Positions 1-8,564 of a stretch of DNA of 62,450 bases are shown one piece after another; position 1 is the first letter of the stretch, and each line of letters starts with the position of its first letter. The stretch is from a virus (Duplodnaviria > Caudoviricetes). The translations under genes were made by a program, and so were the position numbers. The notes under the pieces are model-generated. The model did no database searches. It worked only from the letters and a program-made list of their open reading frames with translations, and was not told where the DNA came from. The DNA lies in IMG/VR virus record IMGVR_UViG_3300042892_000658, positions 1-62,450 of that record. One strand, written 5' to 3'.

Positions 1-2
1 AC

Positions 3-2048
3 GTTGCCGTAGTTACTAGCACCGCCCACGATACCAGTTAGTAGAGCACCGTTACCTACAAAGTAAGTAGCGGTTACATTACCTGCCACTGAGACGTTGG
101 CGATATTGCCTGACTGTAAGTATGTGGCCACTTGGACGTTGCTGTAACTGCTACCACCGTAGATTGAATCGTCACTGTTAAGGATATATCCACCGCTTGG
201 TAATTTTAGATTGCCATCTACACTCCAATACCACGATTTGAATTGTGGGCTACTATTACCGTCAAGATAGCCAATGTCCAAGGTAGCATTGTTTTGTGCT
301 ACATAGAAGTTTGAGTTAACGGCCATATTTGGGGCCACGGTTACATTAGCATTTTGCCACATCAACTGTGAATATTGATCACTCTGCATAGTGATACTTT
401 GACTAACTGGTGCTAGTATCAAGCTATTAGGGAATTGTGTAGTTCCGGTTTTGCCAAATGTCCACTGGGCAGTATTTCCGGCGCCATCATTGCTGTTGAT
501 TACCACACCGCCAGTATTGGCCAATTTAACATAGTGATTATCGTCGCCTAGGAACAGTTCAGTACCGCTGCCAGCCATCAGATGAACATGGTTACCATCT
601 ACCGCAGTAGGTGCTATTTCTAGATACTGTGTGCTGGTACCACCATTGGGTTTTAATCTTATAGCGCCTGCACTTCCATACCCGCTTTCTAAAATAGTTG
701 CGCCCGAAGGTAAAGTTAGGACAGCATCTGTGCCAAAGGTCCAGGTGTAGCCTGCTTTGCTAATGTTAGCCGCAATATTGCCATCATATGTTGGTAGGTA
801 TGTCTCTACCTTAACGTTACTGTAGAATGATTGACTATCAACATAGCCCTTCATGCCTACGTTGGCAGTAGTAATGGCCAAATTGGCTGCAGTTACCTGT
901 GCTGATTGTATAGTATTAGCAAATGCCCAGGCCGCGTTAGCCGCCGCTATGTTATTATTAATTGCTGTGATAGTTGGGCTGGTGATGTTACCTAGCTGTA
1001 GGTCATCATAGATAGCATCGGTGAAGTCAACTGTGGTACCTGGATTTTGCACGACATTACTAAACAAACGCCATTGATTAGCACTGGCGTCACGGATTAG
1101 ACCAGTGTGTTGTAATAGCCCATTTACAGTGCGATGTGCAGTGAGACCGAGATCCAAGCTGTCTGCTGGATTTAGATCAGCAAGGTTGATAATGTTATCG
1201 CCAATGGCTATATTATTAACGCTGATGTAGTTTACATTACCATTAACAAACAAGTTGCCTTCAATGGTTAAATTACCAGCGAATGTTTTAGATGCTCCGT
1301 TTAAGAAATATGATGTAACATTTACGTTGGTATATGTCTGTGCGTCAACGTAGCCTTTTAATCCAACGTTGGCAGCAGTAATGGCTAAGTTAGCCGCATT
1401 TACCTGTGCTGATTGTATAGTGTTAGCTTGATCAACGTAACCCCTCATGCCTACATTGGCAGCCGTAATCTGTGCTGATTGTATAGTATTGCCTTGGTTA
1501 ATATATCCAATAATACCAACGTTAGCACTAGTAAGTTGAGCACTTTGAATTGTGTTGGCTTGATCAACGTAACCTTTTAATCCAACGTTGGCTGCTGTTA
1601 CATTAGCGTTTAAGGCATATGAACTTAGATCAACTGTAACGTTAGCTACAACGGTATTAACATACCCAATCGTAGGAATAACGTTACCGTTAATTCTAAG
1701 ATTACCAGTATTGTCAATTGTTAATGGAACACCGCCGACGAATATGGTGTTATTGCTGACAAATAAGTCATTCCATTGATGTGTGATATTACCTAAACTA
1801 TATGTAACGTTAGCACTAGGGATCAAATTGCCAAATACCGCAGTTCCATTTAAAATAGAATTGATATTACCAGTGATACTAGCTGTATTTACTGTAGCCG
1901 CATATCCACCAACGGTTACACCATCGTGAACATACAATGTCCAATTGGTAGTGTCGACAACTAGTTCCCCTGCGGTACCTAGATAACTAGCAACTGCAGC
2001 CGCGTTGCCTCGTCGTAGTTGTAGTCTGCGTGGTGAAGGATATGCCAT
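3..2048 (-). CDS. Tail fibre / receptor-binding protein with Mtd-N-like N-terminus (partial, runs off left edge)
   Basis: Absent from the ORF track because there is no stop in the window. Manual translation from ATG 2048: MAYPSPRRLQLRRGNAAAVASYLGTAGELVVDTTNWTLYVHDGVTVGG, matching the LQLRRG..GE...DT....HDG pattern of major-tropism-determinant N-terminal domains. Asn/Gly/Thr-rich with internal repeats. Confidence 0.85.
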   Translation of the reverse strand, partial: MAYPSPRRLQLRRGNAAAVASYLGTAGELVVDTTNWTLYVHDGVTVGGYAATVNTASITGNINSILNGTAVFGNLIPSANVTYSLGNITHQWNDLFVSNNTIFVGGVPLTIDNTGNLRINGNVIPTIGYVNTVVANVTVDLSSYALNANVTAANVGLKGYVDQANTIQSAQLTSANVGIIGYINQGNTIQSAQITAANVGMRGYVDQANTIQSAQVNAANLAITAANVGLKGYVDAQTYTNVNVTSYFLNGASKTFAGNLTIEGNLFVNGNVNYISVNNIAIGDNIINLADLNPADSLDLGLTAHRTVNGLLQHTGLIRDASANQWRLFSNVVQNPGTTVDFTDAIYDDLQLGNITSPTITAINNNIAAANAAWAFANTIQSAQVTAANLAITTANVGMKGYVDSQSFYSNVKVETYLPTYDGNIAANISKAGYTWTFGTDAVLTLPSGATILESGYGSAGAIRLKPNGGTSTQYLEIAPTAVDGNHVHLMAGSGTELFLGDDNHYVKLANTGGVVINSNDGAGNTAQWTFGKTGTTQFPNSLILAPVSQSITMQSDQYSQLMWQNANVTVAPNMAVNSNFYVAQNNATLDIGYLDGNSSPQFKSWYWSVDGNLKLPSGGYILNSDDSIYGGSSYSNVQVATYLQSGNIANVSVAGNVTATYFVGNGALLTGIVGGASNYGN
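830..1610 (-). repeat. Degenerate ~22-aa coding repeats within the tail fibre
   Basis: Units such as ANTIQSAQ(L/I/V)T(S/A)ANVG(L/I/M)xGY(V/I)DQ occur about 4 times at 1340-1610 and once more at ~830-920. Confidence 0.8.
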
Positions 2049-2049
2049 T

Positions 2050-2550
2050 CTATAGTGTACCTAAATCAACATCACCACTGTAGTCTGTGGTGCTGGTAGT
2101 AAACATGTCTGTATTGTATGCTGGATTAATATTAACCTCAGCGTAGACTTTAAAATTATCATCTGAGTAAACAGGAGTATTATAGGTTCCGTTACTAGAT
2201 AGGAATGCTAGTTTATATTTGTTCTGCGGTAGCGTGTTTAAGAAACTGTCAGTAAGCATAACATTGGCAGTAGCAGTAGAGACATTACTCACAGTAACCG
2301 CTACGTTAGCAACCACATTGCCTTTTAAATAATCAACGAGAAAACCATAAAACGTTAGGCCTGCAATATTAGCAGACTTTTGGTCTTGGTTTTTAAACTT
2401 GATAGTTATGGGATTATCTGCCCCGCGATAGATTTCAATTGGTCTTTGATACACGACACGGTTCCTTATATTTTGTATGTCAGGGTTTTCGTAGTCCAGA
2501 AGTTGAACGGTGAAAATATTTTGGTATAAATAACTTGTGATTAGTGGCAC
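2050..2550 (-). CDS. Putative tail/baseplate accessory protein (beta-rich)
   Basis: 166 aa, directly upstream of the tail fibre; C-terminal DLG motif typical of fibre-associated proteins; GATAAATA late promoter at 2572-2579. Confidence 0.5.
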   Translation of the reverse strand: MPLITSYLYQNIFTVQLLDYENPDIQNIRNRVVYQRPIEIYRGADNPITIKFKNQDQKSANIAGLTFYGFLVDYLKGNVVANVAVTVSNVSTATANVMLTDSFLNTLPQNKYKLAFLSSNGTYNTPVYSDDNFKVYAEVNINPAYNTDMFTTSTTDYSGDVDLGTL

Positions 2551-2579
2551 TTTGTGTTAATCCCTTTAGTATATTTATC
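2525..2579. promoter_or_regulatory. Pair of T4-type late promoters for the divergent genes
   Basis: TATAAATA on + at 2525-2532; GATAAATA on - at 2572-2579. Confidence 0.6.
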
Positions 2580-2588
2580 GCGAGTCGT

Positions 2589-2963
2589 ATGGAAGACAGT
2601 TTCAAGAATCTATTAGATCAATACCCATTTTTAAGCTACGTCACCTACGGCGGTAACGACTACATTGGCATCGTTCAAAATTCAGACGAGTTGATCACAA
2701 CGATTTACGACTATGCTCTGCTTAAGGGTATAGAACAGAAGACACGCTATTTAGAACTAGCTGATCAGTGGTGGTGGGAAAGTAATAGACTGTTGCCTAT
2801 TAATGTGTTTTTAAAGCAGGATTGGGTAGAGTTTAGAATCTGCTTAAAAACATTCAACAGTAAAGATGTGCTTATACAGCACGGACCATCTGTAAGTTTA
2901 AAAGAAATTGCTAATAAAAGATCAAAGCGTAGAAGTATTACGCTTGTTCGTCGAGTAGGTTAA
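2589..2963 (+). CDS. Hypothetical phage protein (only convincing plus-strand gene)
   Basis: ATG 2589 (MEDSFKNLL); fills the gap between minus-strand genes; has its own TATAAATA; basic C-terminus. Confidence 0.75.
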   Translation: MEDSFKNLLDQYPFLSYVTYGGNDYIGIVQNSDELITTIYDYALLKGIEQKTRYLELADQWWWESNRLLPINVFLKQDWVEFRICLKTFNSKDVLIQHGPSVSLKEIANKRSKRRSITLVRRVG

Positions 2964-3510
2964 GATTAACTACTACTAATTGAGAATAAGCAATTGCATG
3001 TGCTTTTTTGAAACTATATTCACCTTCAACTTTATCCCAAACAGTAAGACCGACATCTTTCCAAGTCTTTCCAACTAAGTGTCGTTTGCCCGGACGTATA
3101 ACTGCTAGGAACATAGCCAAGCGTGGAATTGTATCCACAGGTTCTGGCATTTTAAGTAGAGTATCGTAGTGATTGTTGATATGAATTAACTGCGCACATA
3201 TTGTGGGGTCATATAGTTTAGCCCAATCAGGTTCCTGCATTAACTTAATCAAATGACTTTCATCTTTAACTTGTTTGTATAGGTTAACGTTTAATAGATC
3301 TAACTTCATATAACCACGCTCTTCGGCATCATTATAGTCTAGACTAGCAAATCCTGTAAACGGGTCCACAGGAATATCTGTTACATATACACCAGTATTG
3401 TGTTTAACCAATTTACCATCACGTATAATACCAGCCGATGTGGCTTCAATGACTGCCAGTGCCTGTTCACGATCTGCAAAATCAATATCAATGTCACTGC
3501 GGAATTTCAT
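2938..3510 (-). CDS. Miniature DNA polymerase III alpha (DnaE/PolC family) catalytic core
   Basis: SDIDIDF (PDxDxDF), HNTGVYV (HAxGVVI), MKLDLL (KxDxL, third Asp), AVIRPG (ALxRPG) and YSFKKAHAIAY (YGFNKSHAAAY), in order, within 190 aa. Confidence 0.8.
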   Translation of the reverse strand: MKFRSDIDIDFADREQALAVIEATSAGIIRDGKLVKHNTGVYVTDIPVDPFTGFASLDYNDAEERGYMKLDLLNVNLYKQVKDESHLIKLMQEPDWAKLYDPTICAQLIHINNHYDTLLKMPEPVDTIPRLAMFLAVIRPGKRHLVGKTWKDVGLTVWDKVEGEYSFKKAHAIAYSQLVVVNLNLLDEQA

Positions 3511-4205
3511 AGGCCAGATTCCTTAAGTATCATTTTAACCCATTCTGTATCTGCTACATAATCACCAAACTTGCGTTGCCAAAAGTCTGGATCTATCCAA
3601 GGCAGGATCATAGCAATTTGTTCTTCACTGAGTGCTTCAAGAAATGCCACACCACTGCTACAATTAAAAATAATCCAAGGACTAATCCTACCATTGACAA
3701 TATGATGGCAGATACGATTCGAATTACCGTATCTAAAGTAGTCATTGAAGTTGGCAAGCATTTTAATCTCATCTGCGTATTCCTGCATTTCCATAAGCGC
3801 ACGTTCTATTGCGTCAGACACTGCTTCTTTTTTCATATAAGCGTGTAGGTATTCTAAATAAACTTTTTCATGTGTCCAATGATCGAGTTTTTTGTTTTCT
3901 TTAATTACATATTCAATGAATGCTCTAGGATTAACCGCACGTATAGCAATCATATGGCGGCCAAACTTGACAAAAGCACTGTAATAAGGACTATCTACAA
4001 AGTCTGCATAGCTCTTAAGTTTAGCACTACCTTGTGTTAACTCAAAAAATCGTAGGTATGCTTGTAGACCAAACTGTACACCTACTTCTTTTTCCTGTTG
4101 CCAGCGTCGTTTATTTTCGCAAAGATGCGCCGCAAGGGTTGATTCCTTACGATACTCTTTACTACAATACTTACACTTAAAGGTCGGACTTGATGCGCTT
4201 GTCAT
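3507..4205 (-). CDS. Hypothetical replication-module protein with N-terminal C2HC zinc finger
   Basis: CKYC-x12-HLC; probable start MTSASSPT at 4205; stop overlaps the mini-dnaE start. Confidence 0.6.
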   Translation of the reverse strand: MTSASSPTFKCKYCSKEYRKESTLAAHLCENKRRWQQEKEVGVQFGLQAYLRFFELTQGSAKLKSYADFVDSPYYSAFVKFGRHMIAIRAVNPRAFIEYVIKENKKLDHWTHEKVYLEYLHAYMKKEAVSDAIERALMEMQEYADEIKMLANFNDYFRYGNSNRICHHIVNGRISPWIIFNCSSGVAFLEALSEEQIAMILPWIDPDFWQRKFGDYVADTEWVKMILKESGL

Positions 4206-4641
4206 CCCAGCCGAGTTTTCGTGCCATGTCTGTAAGATCTCTTTTATCATTGATAGCCGCTAGTAGTTTGATTTCATCGTCTTTGAGTTCTGGATATAGA
4301 GCTGTTAAAAACTTAACAGCCTTGTTATTCGTTTCTTTCTTCTTGCTACCCTGCCAATAGTGATGTTGCTTGCCCATACCAGGACTAACAGTAGTACACA
4401 TTAACCACTGTAGTTTAGGATGCTTGTTTAAGTCAAAGAAGTATTTGTTAATGTTTTCGTTAGTGGCTAGCAGGTAATATGCCTGCAGGTCTGTGCCTCC
4501 TGCAACACTAGCACCATAACGCAACATTAGATATGTGCTAAATTTTTTACGTTCTTCATCAGTGAACTTATCGTAGTAAGCACGGTCTTTACGATCAAAT
4601 GCTGCCATTTCATTGCCGATGTATAATGGGTCATTACTCAT
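4177..4641 (-). CDS. Clamp-loader small subunit (T4 gp62-like)
   Basis: Size and the pattern TNENIN..HPKLQWLM..W...KK..helical C-terminus resemble gp62; start reassigned to MSNDPLY (4641), just downstream of a promoter. Confidence 0.55.
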   Translation of the reverse strand: MSNDPLYIGNEMAAFDRKDRAYYDKFTDEERKKFSTYLMLRYGASVAGGTDLQAYYLLATNENINKYFFDLNKHPKLQWLMCTTVSPGMGKQHHYWQGSKKKETNNKAVKFLTALYPELKDDEIKLLAAINDKRDLTDMARKLGWDDKRIKSDL

Positions 4642-4647
4642 AGTTTT

Positions 4648-4677
4648 ATTATAACACAAGTTTCCTAAATTGGTCAA
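4648..4677 (-). promoter_or_regulatory. Sigma70-type promoter
   Basis: TTGACC-18 bp-TATAAT, embedded in the 3' end of the radical SAM gene, 6 nt before ATG 4641. Confidence 0.6.
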
Positions 4678-6130
4678 GCTCGGGGATATAATCTTTTAAT
4701 TGAATATTTCTAGATTCATCTAATCGATCGTTGAATTCAAAAAACAATTTTAATTTTTCTAATTTAATTGATTGAGGCGTTTCAAAGTAACAAACAATCC
4801 CATCAATAAAACTTTGTAACAATTTATCATTTTTATAACAATTTAACTTTTTAATTTTACGTATGCGGTTTAATACCAAGTCCCCGTCGGGAAAAATATA
4901 AGGATTTAATATATCATTTTCAAACTCTGCAAATGAACAGTGTACTAATACATTAGGAAAGTTATCATCGATAAACGTAAGTAACTGATCAAGTTGGCTG
5001 ATGGTATATATTGATACCACTACATTAAATGAAACTTTATGATTTAAACTTAATTTTTTAGTATTTTCTATAGTATTTTCCCAAGAACTAAGCCATCTAA
5101 CATAATCATTAACTTTTTGATATCCGTCAATGCTTACAATAAATTGCAAATTAGAAAAATGACTACATAAACTTAAAAATCGATCGCTAATTTTATTTAC
5201 ATTTGTATTAATAAGGAACTCAAAATTTGTATTTTGATTATCAATACATTTTTGCATAAACTCATATAATTCAATCATTGCTGTAGGTTCGCCACCAGCT
5301 ACATACAATTTTTTTAGATTATCAAATTTAACAAAATCAAAATTAGTATATTCAATAGTTGCGGTTGGATCACGCCACCCTATCTGGATATATTCTTTTT
5401 CTATTAGATTACTATTTTCCGGACCGCATGATCTACACTGCAAATTGCATACATTACTAGGTCGAACTTCATAGTAAACAGGTGTTGTGATATGCTTAAG
5501 ATCTTCTATAGATGTCAACCCGAGTCGATTAGCCCATTCAACTGTTTCTTGTTGTCTTGCACTTTTTATGCCGCGGGCTTCATAATTATAGCAAACAGAA
5601 CAATGATCGGATACTAACTCGCCGGCGAGCATCTTATTTCGTATTGTTACATAATTTGGATCGTCTTGCCACGACGTGATGTTATTTATTTTAGTGATTG
5701 GGTTGGAAGATCTACAACAAACTGTAGTCGATCCATTGTTTGCGAGCATTTCAATGAATGGAAATATACAAAAACTTTTATTTGTATCTACTATATCTTC
5801 AAATAATTTTATATTAGTTGATGTACCCAGTTTTGTTACGTTTACTAAATTTTGAATATCATCTATTATTTTTATTGTTAGATAAAATGCGTCAGGGTGA
5901 TTCCAGGTATTGCTCGGTTGATCAAGTAGTACTACTTCGTCAAATTGAGTTACTAACTCTTTAATCTGTCCAACTGATAGATCAAATACTGAGGTATGAT
6001 AGTATCCATCTTGGATACTCGTATCAGACGATGATATTAGCCCGTTATTAATAGAATAGTTTAATTTAGCTAATTTAGATGTTTCACCGTCGGTATCCGT
6101 TGAATTATTACCCAAACAGAGTACTTTCAC
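4649..6130 (-). CDS. Radical SAM protein with SPASM/twitch-like domain
   Basis: CNLQCRSC motif, GGEPT, SIDG; upstream FCIFPF..CC..CSVC auxiliary cluster motif; likely GTG start at 6130. Confidence 0.85.
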   Translation of the reverse strand: MKVLCLGNNSTDTDGETSKLAKLNYSINNGLISSSDTSIQDGYYHTSVFDLSVGQIKELVTQFDEVVLLDQPSNTWNHPDAFYLTIKIIDDIQNLVNVTKLGTSTNIKLFEDIVDTNKSFCIFPFIEMLANNGSTTVCCRSSNPITKINNITSWQDDPNYVTIRNKMLAGELVSDHCSVCYNYEARGIKSARQQETVEWANRLGLTSIEDLKHITTPVYYEVRPSNVCNLQCRSCGPENSNLIEKEYIQIGWRDPTATIEYTNFDFVKFDNLKKLYVAGGEPTAMIELYEFMQKCIDNQNTNFEFLINTNVNKISDRFLSLCSHFSNLQFIVSIDGYQKVNDYVRWLSSWENTIENTKKLSLNHKVSFNVVVSIYTISQLDQLLTFIDDNFPNVLVHCSFAEFENDILNPYIFPDGDLVLNRIRKIKKLNCYKNDKLLQSFIDGIVCYFETPQSIKLEKLKLFFEFNDRLDESRNIQLKDYIPELDQFRKLVL

Positions 6131-6131
6131 T

Positions 6132-6368
6132 TTATCTGCCTCTGCGCAATACATTAATAATTTGATTCACACTCTGTTGCATGTTAAGATAGTTTGATTT
6201 TAATGCGGCAATCTCTTCTGTTTGCCTGCGTAGTTGTATTTGTAAATCCTCAATGATAGTCTGACTTTCTTTTAATTTCTTTTCGTGACTAAGCAAGTTT
6301 GGACGCGGAATGTCCGGATTTACTACACGTTTCTTTTTCTGTTTAAATTGTAGTGGGTTAAATGCCAT
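6132..6368 (-). CDS. Hypothetical coiled-coil protein
   Basis: 78 aa, basic N-terminus, heptad pattern, tight operon packing. Confidence 0.6.
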   Translation of the reverse strand: MAFNPLQFKQKKKRVVNPDIPRPNLLSHEKKLKESQTIIEDLQIQLRRQTEEIAALKSNYLNMQQSVNQIINVLRRGR

Positions 6369-6606
6369 TTTCGTAATCCTTAGATAGCTTATATATAATT
6401 ATGCATTTTTCTAGGGCAGATTGTAAAGTACTATTTGTTTTGGCCGCACGTCGAATTTCGCCCCAAAGACGGTCTTCTCGTATTTGAGCAATCCGGTCCG
6501 CAAGCTCGGCATCAATTTCAGCAGTTGGAACGAATGAGGCTGATAAGTCTATACCTTCGTACATCATGTCGTCAGTGATTACACTTGGATTTAGTTTAGT
6601 TACCAT
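6358..6606 (-). CDS. Hypothetical protein
   Basis: 82 aa; overlaps both neighbours in operon fashion. Confidence 0.6.
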   Translation of the reverse strand: MVTKLNPSVITDDMMYEGIDLSASFVPTAEIDAELADRIAQIREDRLWGEIRRAAKTNSTLQSALEKCIIIYKLSKDYENGI

Positions 6607-7100
6607 ATTTTACCGTAGTCTACTACTTCACTTTGACGACTGATATCTTTAACAAAGTAAGCACACAGTGGACGCTCACCATCTACAATTGGTACAGCTA
6701 ACATTTGTCCAGGTTTTAATTTAGGGAAATACCATTTAACATCTTGATAGATGTCTACAATCTCTACTGGTTTAAACTCTGGTTTAAAACTATCTAACGG
6801 ATTAAATGTATAAGCACTAAACCCCCGGTCGTTAATACTAGTTAGTGGTATTACTTCTAAGTCACCAAAGTCTTGCTCACCAATTAAGATTTGCCAATCA
6901 GCAGGCATCTTAACTATATTGCCGCCTATGCTTAATACCAATGCCGGACTGTTAAATGACTCTAAAAAGATAAGTGGAATAAAGAAATAGTCGGGATTCT
7001 TTGGGTCGCTGTTATCTAATATTGCAAAACGTAAATCCTCAACTTCATCGGGGATTTCGTTCATTTCATACGCTGTGTTTTCTAATGTTAAAATATACAT
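6600..7100 (-). CDS. Hypothetical protein downstream of uvsW
   Basis: 166 aa acidic, beta-rich ORF starting 3 nt after the helicase stop. Confidence 0.7.
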   Translation of the reverse strand: MYILTLENTAYEMNEIPDEVEDLRFAILDNSDPKNPDYFFIPLIFLESFNSPALVLSIGGNIVKMPADWQILIGEQDFGDLEVIPLTSINDRGFSAYTFNPLDSFKPEFKPVEIVDIYQDVKWYFPKLKPGQMLAVPIVDGERPLCAYFVKDISRQSEVVDYGKIW

Positions 7101-7103
7101 AGG

Positions 7104-8564
7104 TTACTTTTGCCACTCCACTTTTTCGACAACAAACGGATAGTTTGCATCTTTATAAAATTTCTTGCGTGTTGTAATGTGCCGTTTGGCAAACTTACAA
7201 GTTGATGTTACGTCCCATATCTGGACAAAATCTTTGTCTTCTGCTTTACGTATACCTCGACCAATACTTTGTATGACCCGAACAAATGATTTGCCAGGCT
7301 CAATGAGTATAAGATTAAAAATACGAGGAATATTAATACCAACTGCCGCAACACCATAAGTGGCAATAGCAACCACATCATTGTTTGATGCAAACTCATC
7401 GTAACTTTCTTTACGATCATCTGCTTTGGTCCCGCCACTGACAAATACTGCTCCTGCGATCTTTTCTAGCAAGGCTTTGCCCGGAGCAATACGATCTATT
7501 AGGATTAAAGTATTACCCGAACTTCGGATTGATTCTACAAGCTGTGCAATATAATCTAAACGTGCTTCTGTTTCTAATAGATAACGTAGTTCACTTTGAT
7601 AGTCTTTGTATTCTACATAGTCTACAAGTTGTAAGATATTTACATGACATTGTGCTAAGACACCTTGGTCTTGAAGTTCACTAGCACTTAGTTTACCAAC
7701 AACAGGGCCTAGACTACAAAGTAAACTAACCTGCTCATAGGCTTCTTTGGGTATTGTACCAGTTAACCCCCAACGAATAGGTATATGTGCCATTACCCCA
7801 GTGAGCAATGTTTTAAGTGCATCTGCTTTGGCCATGTGTACTTCGTCAACCATAACGCAAACCACACCTTCAATAAATTCACCAATGGTGACATCAACAT
7901 CACCACCCTTGGTATTCTTAAGTAAGATGTTTAGACTTTGCCAAGTACAGATAGTATGTGTACGTCCAAACTCTTTACGATCACCAAAGTATACACCAAC
8001 ATCTAAACCTAAGTTGATATAGTCTGCTTCTGTTTGTGTAACTAATGATTTGTTTGGAACAATAACAATAGTACGTCCATAAGGTTCACAGCTATAACTT
8101 AGTGCCGCTGTGATAAGTGTTTTACCTGCACCTGTGGCAATCTCCTGCAGGCATTGCGGATTCTCAAGGAACTTGTTAATAATCTCAACTTGGTAATCAC
8201 GAAGTACTACTGGTTGACCAGCAATTGGGTGTTTATCTGGCCAAGTCTTGTGTGCAAATGTCTGTTCAGTAACCTGTGAAAATTCAAATTGTGTCCGATA
8301 GTCACGTAGGTCTTCTAGCTGTATGTCGTAGCCACGTTCATCTAAATATGGAATAATTTCTGGAAGTAAGTTAGTATACGTACTGCCGCCCATTTGGAAA
8401 TAAGCTACCTTACCATCCCACCGCCCTAACCTAACTGCGGGCAAGTAACGTGCGCCCGGGATTTCATATTTGAATTTATTGCTGAGAAATTTACGCTCAG
8501 TAAGATCTAGGCCTTCAATCTTTACGTTCACTTCATCTTTAATTAGTAATCTTGCTACGGCCAT
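7104..8564 (-). CDS. uvsW: SF2 DNA helicase, UvsW-like
   Basis: LRDYQ (Q motif), ATGAGKT, DEVH, GLTGT, QSIGRGIR. Confidence 0.9.
   Translation of the reverse strand: MAVARLLIKDEVNVKIEGLDLTERKFLSNKFKYEIPGARYLPAVRLGRWDGKVAYFQMGGSTYTNLLPEIIPYLDERGYDIQLEDLRDYRTQFEFSQVTEQTFAHKTWPDKHPIAGQPVVLRDYQVEIINKFLENPQCLQEIATGAGKTLITAALSYSCEPYGRTIVIVPNKSLVTQTEADYINLGLDVGVYFGDRKEFGRTHTICTWQSLNILLKNTKGGDVDVTIGEFIEGVVCVMVDEVHMAKADALKTLLTGVMAHIPIRWGLTGTIPKEAYEQVSLLCSLGPVVGKLSASELQDQGVLAQCHVNILQLVDYVEYKDYQSELRYLLETEARLDYIAQLVESIRSSGNTLILIDRIAPGKALLEKIAGAVFVSGGTKADDRKESYDEFASNNDVVAIATYGVAAVGINIPRIFNLILIEPGKSFVRVIQSIGRGIRKAEDKDFVQIWDVTSTCKFAKRHITTRKKFYKDANYPFVVEKVEWQK

Noticed and set aside
3-2048. Diversity-generating retroelement suggested by the Mtd-like N-terminus
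   Set aside because: No reverse transcriptase or TR/VR pair is visible in the window; Mtd-N is a general fibre attachment domain and the C-terminus lies outside the window.
2938-3510. Mini-dnaE as a split-intein half or frameshifted pseudogene
   Set aside because: No intein motifs at either end, the neighbouring ORFs show no DnaE motifs, and the deletions are internal and in frame.
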